This document shows, in pieces, positions 62,359 through 64,000 of a stretch of DNA of 64,000 bases (positions within the stretch are counted from its first letter, which is position 1; every line of letters starts with the position of its first letter). Source of the DNA: an uncultured delta proteobacterium. GTDB lineage: Bacteria > Myxococcota_A > Polyangia > Polyangiales > Polyangiaceae. The stretch covers positions 2,528,001 to 2,592,000 of the forward strand of contig CAWDXG010000004.1 of assembly GCA_963806225.1 (NCBI GenBank). The letters are read 5' to 3'. Under the pieces are notes generated by a model. The model did not search any database. It was not told where the DNA came from and worked only from the letters and a program-made list of their open reading frames with translations. The position numbers were made by a program, and so were the translations under genes.

Positions 62359-63435
62359 TTGCTCGCCCTCCAGGCACTCCTTCCCGAAGCCCTCGCCGCG
62401 GCAGCCCCCACGATGAGCGCCGCGGAGTCGCGGCGGATCGTGGCGGCAGTGCACCGCACCGGGCGTCTGCCGGAGTACGTCGCGCACGTGCGTCGCGTCG
62501 CGCTCGACGCCGCGCGCGCCGTCGGTCACGTGCCCGCGTTGACCGAGGTCGACCGGCGCGAGAGCGCGCTCGACCCGTTCGTGAAGTTCGCGTTCGAAGC
62601 CGCGGACGGCCTGCGCTTCGAGACGGTGCGCATTCCGCTGGAGCGCGCCGGCCGCTACGCGGTGTGCGTCAGCTCGCAGGTCGGATGCGCTCTCGGCTGC
62701 GCGTTCTGTGCAACTGGACGGCTCGGGCTGTCGCGCAACCTGGAAGCGTGGGAGATCGTCGAGCAGGTCCGGCACGTGCAGCAGGGCCTCGGTTCGCGGA
62801 AGCGGACGAACGGCGCCACGCCGCGCGTGCACGGCGTGGTGTTCCAGGGCATGGGCGAACCGCTTTCGAACATCGATCGCGTGCTCGGAGCGATCGACGT
62901 GATGACGGCTCCCGGCGCGATGGCCATCGATGCGCGAGCCATCACGGTGTGCACGGCGGGATTGCCGGCGGGGATCCGGCGTCTGGCCGAGCGGGCACCG
63001 CGCGTTCGGCTCGCGATCTCGATGGGCAGCGCGCGTCCCGGGACGCGCCGGCAGCTCATGCCGGTGACCACGGCCCACCCGCTCGAAGACGTGCTCGACG
63101 CCGCGCGGGAACACGCCGGGCTCACCGGGCTCGCACCGCTGTGGGCGATCACACTGCTGTCCGGCGTCAACGATTCGACGGAGCTTGCGCGGGAGCTGGC
63201 CGCACTGGTGCTCGACTTCCGCGAAAAGACCGGATTGCGCCCGCGCGTCAGCATCATTCCGTACAACGCCATTGCCGACGGCAACGACGACCCTTTCAGT
63301 GCGAGCTCCCTCGAGCGCGAGAACGCCTTCCGTGCGGTGCTGCGCGAAGCGGGCATCCCCACGCACCGGCGCTACAGCGGCGGCAGCGACGTCGCCGCGG
63401 CGTGCGGTCAGCTCGCGCTGCGCAGCGCGCCCTAG
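62359..63435 (+). CDS. RlmN/Cfr family radical SAM methyltransferase (likely paralogue)
   Basis: CVSSQVGCALGCAFCATG, FQGMGEP, GVND, IPYN, AACGQL. Confidence 0.88.
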   Translation: MLALQALLPEALAAAAPTMSAAESRRIVAAVHRTGRLPEYVAHVRRVALDAARAVGHVPALTEVDRRESALDPFVKFAFEAADGLRFETVRIPLERAGRYAVCVSSQVGCALGCAFCATGRLGLSRNLEAWEIVEQVRHVQQGLGSRKRTNGATPRVHGVVFQGMGEPLSNIDRVLGAIDVMTAPGAMAIDARAITVCTAGLPAGIRRLAERAPRVRLAISMGSARPGTRRQLMPVTTAHPLEDVLDAAREHAGLTGLAPLWAITLLSGVNDSTELARELAALVLDFREKTGLRPRVSIIPYNAIADGNDDPFSASSLERENAFRAVLREAGIPTHRRYSGGSDVAAACGQLALRSAP

Positions 63436-63462
63436 CCCCGGCGGCGCGCACGCCTTCCGGAC

Positions 63463-64000
63463 TCAGATGTGCAGCGCGCGGCCGGCGACGGCCAGGGCCG
63501 CCTCGTGCACCGCCTCGGAGAGCGTGGGGTGCGCGTGACAGGTGCGGGCGATGTCTTCACTGCTCGCGCCGAACTCGATGGCGGCGACGAGCTCGGCGAT
63601 CAGATCGCCCGCGCGCGGTCCGATGATGTGCACGCCGAGGATGCGGTCCGTCTCCTTGTGCGCGAGGATCTTCACGCGGCCATCGGTGTGGCCGAGCGCG
63701 CGAGCGCGGCCGTTGGCGCTGAACGGGAACACGCCCTTTTCGTAGGGGATGCCGTCTTCCTTCAGCTGGTCCTCGGTGGCGCCGACGGAGGCGATCTCCG
63801 GATCGGTGTACACGACGCCGGGGATGGCGTCGTAGTTGACGTGGCCGTAGCCGGTGGCGAGGTACTCGACGCAGGCCACGCCTTCCTCCATGGCCTTGTG
63901 CGCCAGCATCGGGCCCTGGATCACGTCGCCGATGGCGTAGATGCCGTCGACGCGCGTGGCGTAGTGCTCGCTGACCGGAATGCGCCCACGCTTGTCGGGC
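63463..64000 (-). CDS. lpdA: Dihydrolipoyl dehydrogenase, 3' part (runs off the window)
   Basis: [34 protein letters not shown]. Confidence 0.93.
   Translation of the reverse strand, partial: PDKRGRIPVSEHYATRVDGIYAIGDVIQGPMLAHKAMEEGVACVEYLATGYGHVNYDAIPGVVYTDPEIASVGATEDQLKEDGIPYEKGVFPFSANGRARALGHTDGRVKILAHKETDRILGVHIIGPRAGDLIAELVAAIEFGASSEDIARTCHAHPTLSEAVHEAALAVAGRALHI

Noticed and set aside
60145..63366. Very long alternative-frame and antisense ORFs (e.g. 1073 aa, 854 aa, 763 aa)
   Set aside because: Shadow ORFs of high-GC coding sequence; only the motif-bearing sub-segments are real genes.

Overview
Very GC-rich bacterial DNA that looks myxobacterial (Polyangiaceae-like), judged from a MYXO-CTERM protein, many Cys-rich and Gly/Ser-linker lipoproteins, and a Ser/Thr pseudokinase. 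It holds about 55 genes: lipid and fatty-acid catabolism (acyl-CoA ligase, a TetR-ThDP-SDR operon, a GntR-GMC oxidase unit, acyl-CoA dehydrogenase, fadIJ), secreted hydrolases, a stand-alone PurH transformylase, an ArsA/GET3 ATPase pair, an RlmN-like radical SAM enzyme and partial lpdA. Several genes carry single-base frameshifts or deletions, probably long-read assembly errors. The main points of interest are: (1) an internally deleted group II intron (19829-20984, minus) sitting on the start codon of a Cys-repeat/CHAP-like lipoprotein gene, whose domain VI supplies a new Shine-Dalgarno and AUG, while the upstream ATG reads in frame into the truncated RT; (2) an orphan 697-aa C5 DNA methyltransferase with a ~200-aa insert, plus a nearby Vsr with a C-terminal extension; (3) an 871-aa unknown protein with a putative HTH and degenerate P-loop behind a perfect 24-bp palindrome; (4) a recurring leaderless-type promoter layout. 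All family calls come from motif recognition by eye; no database searches were run.
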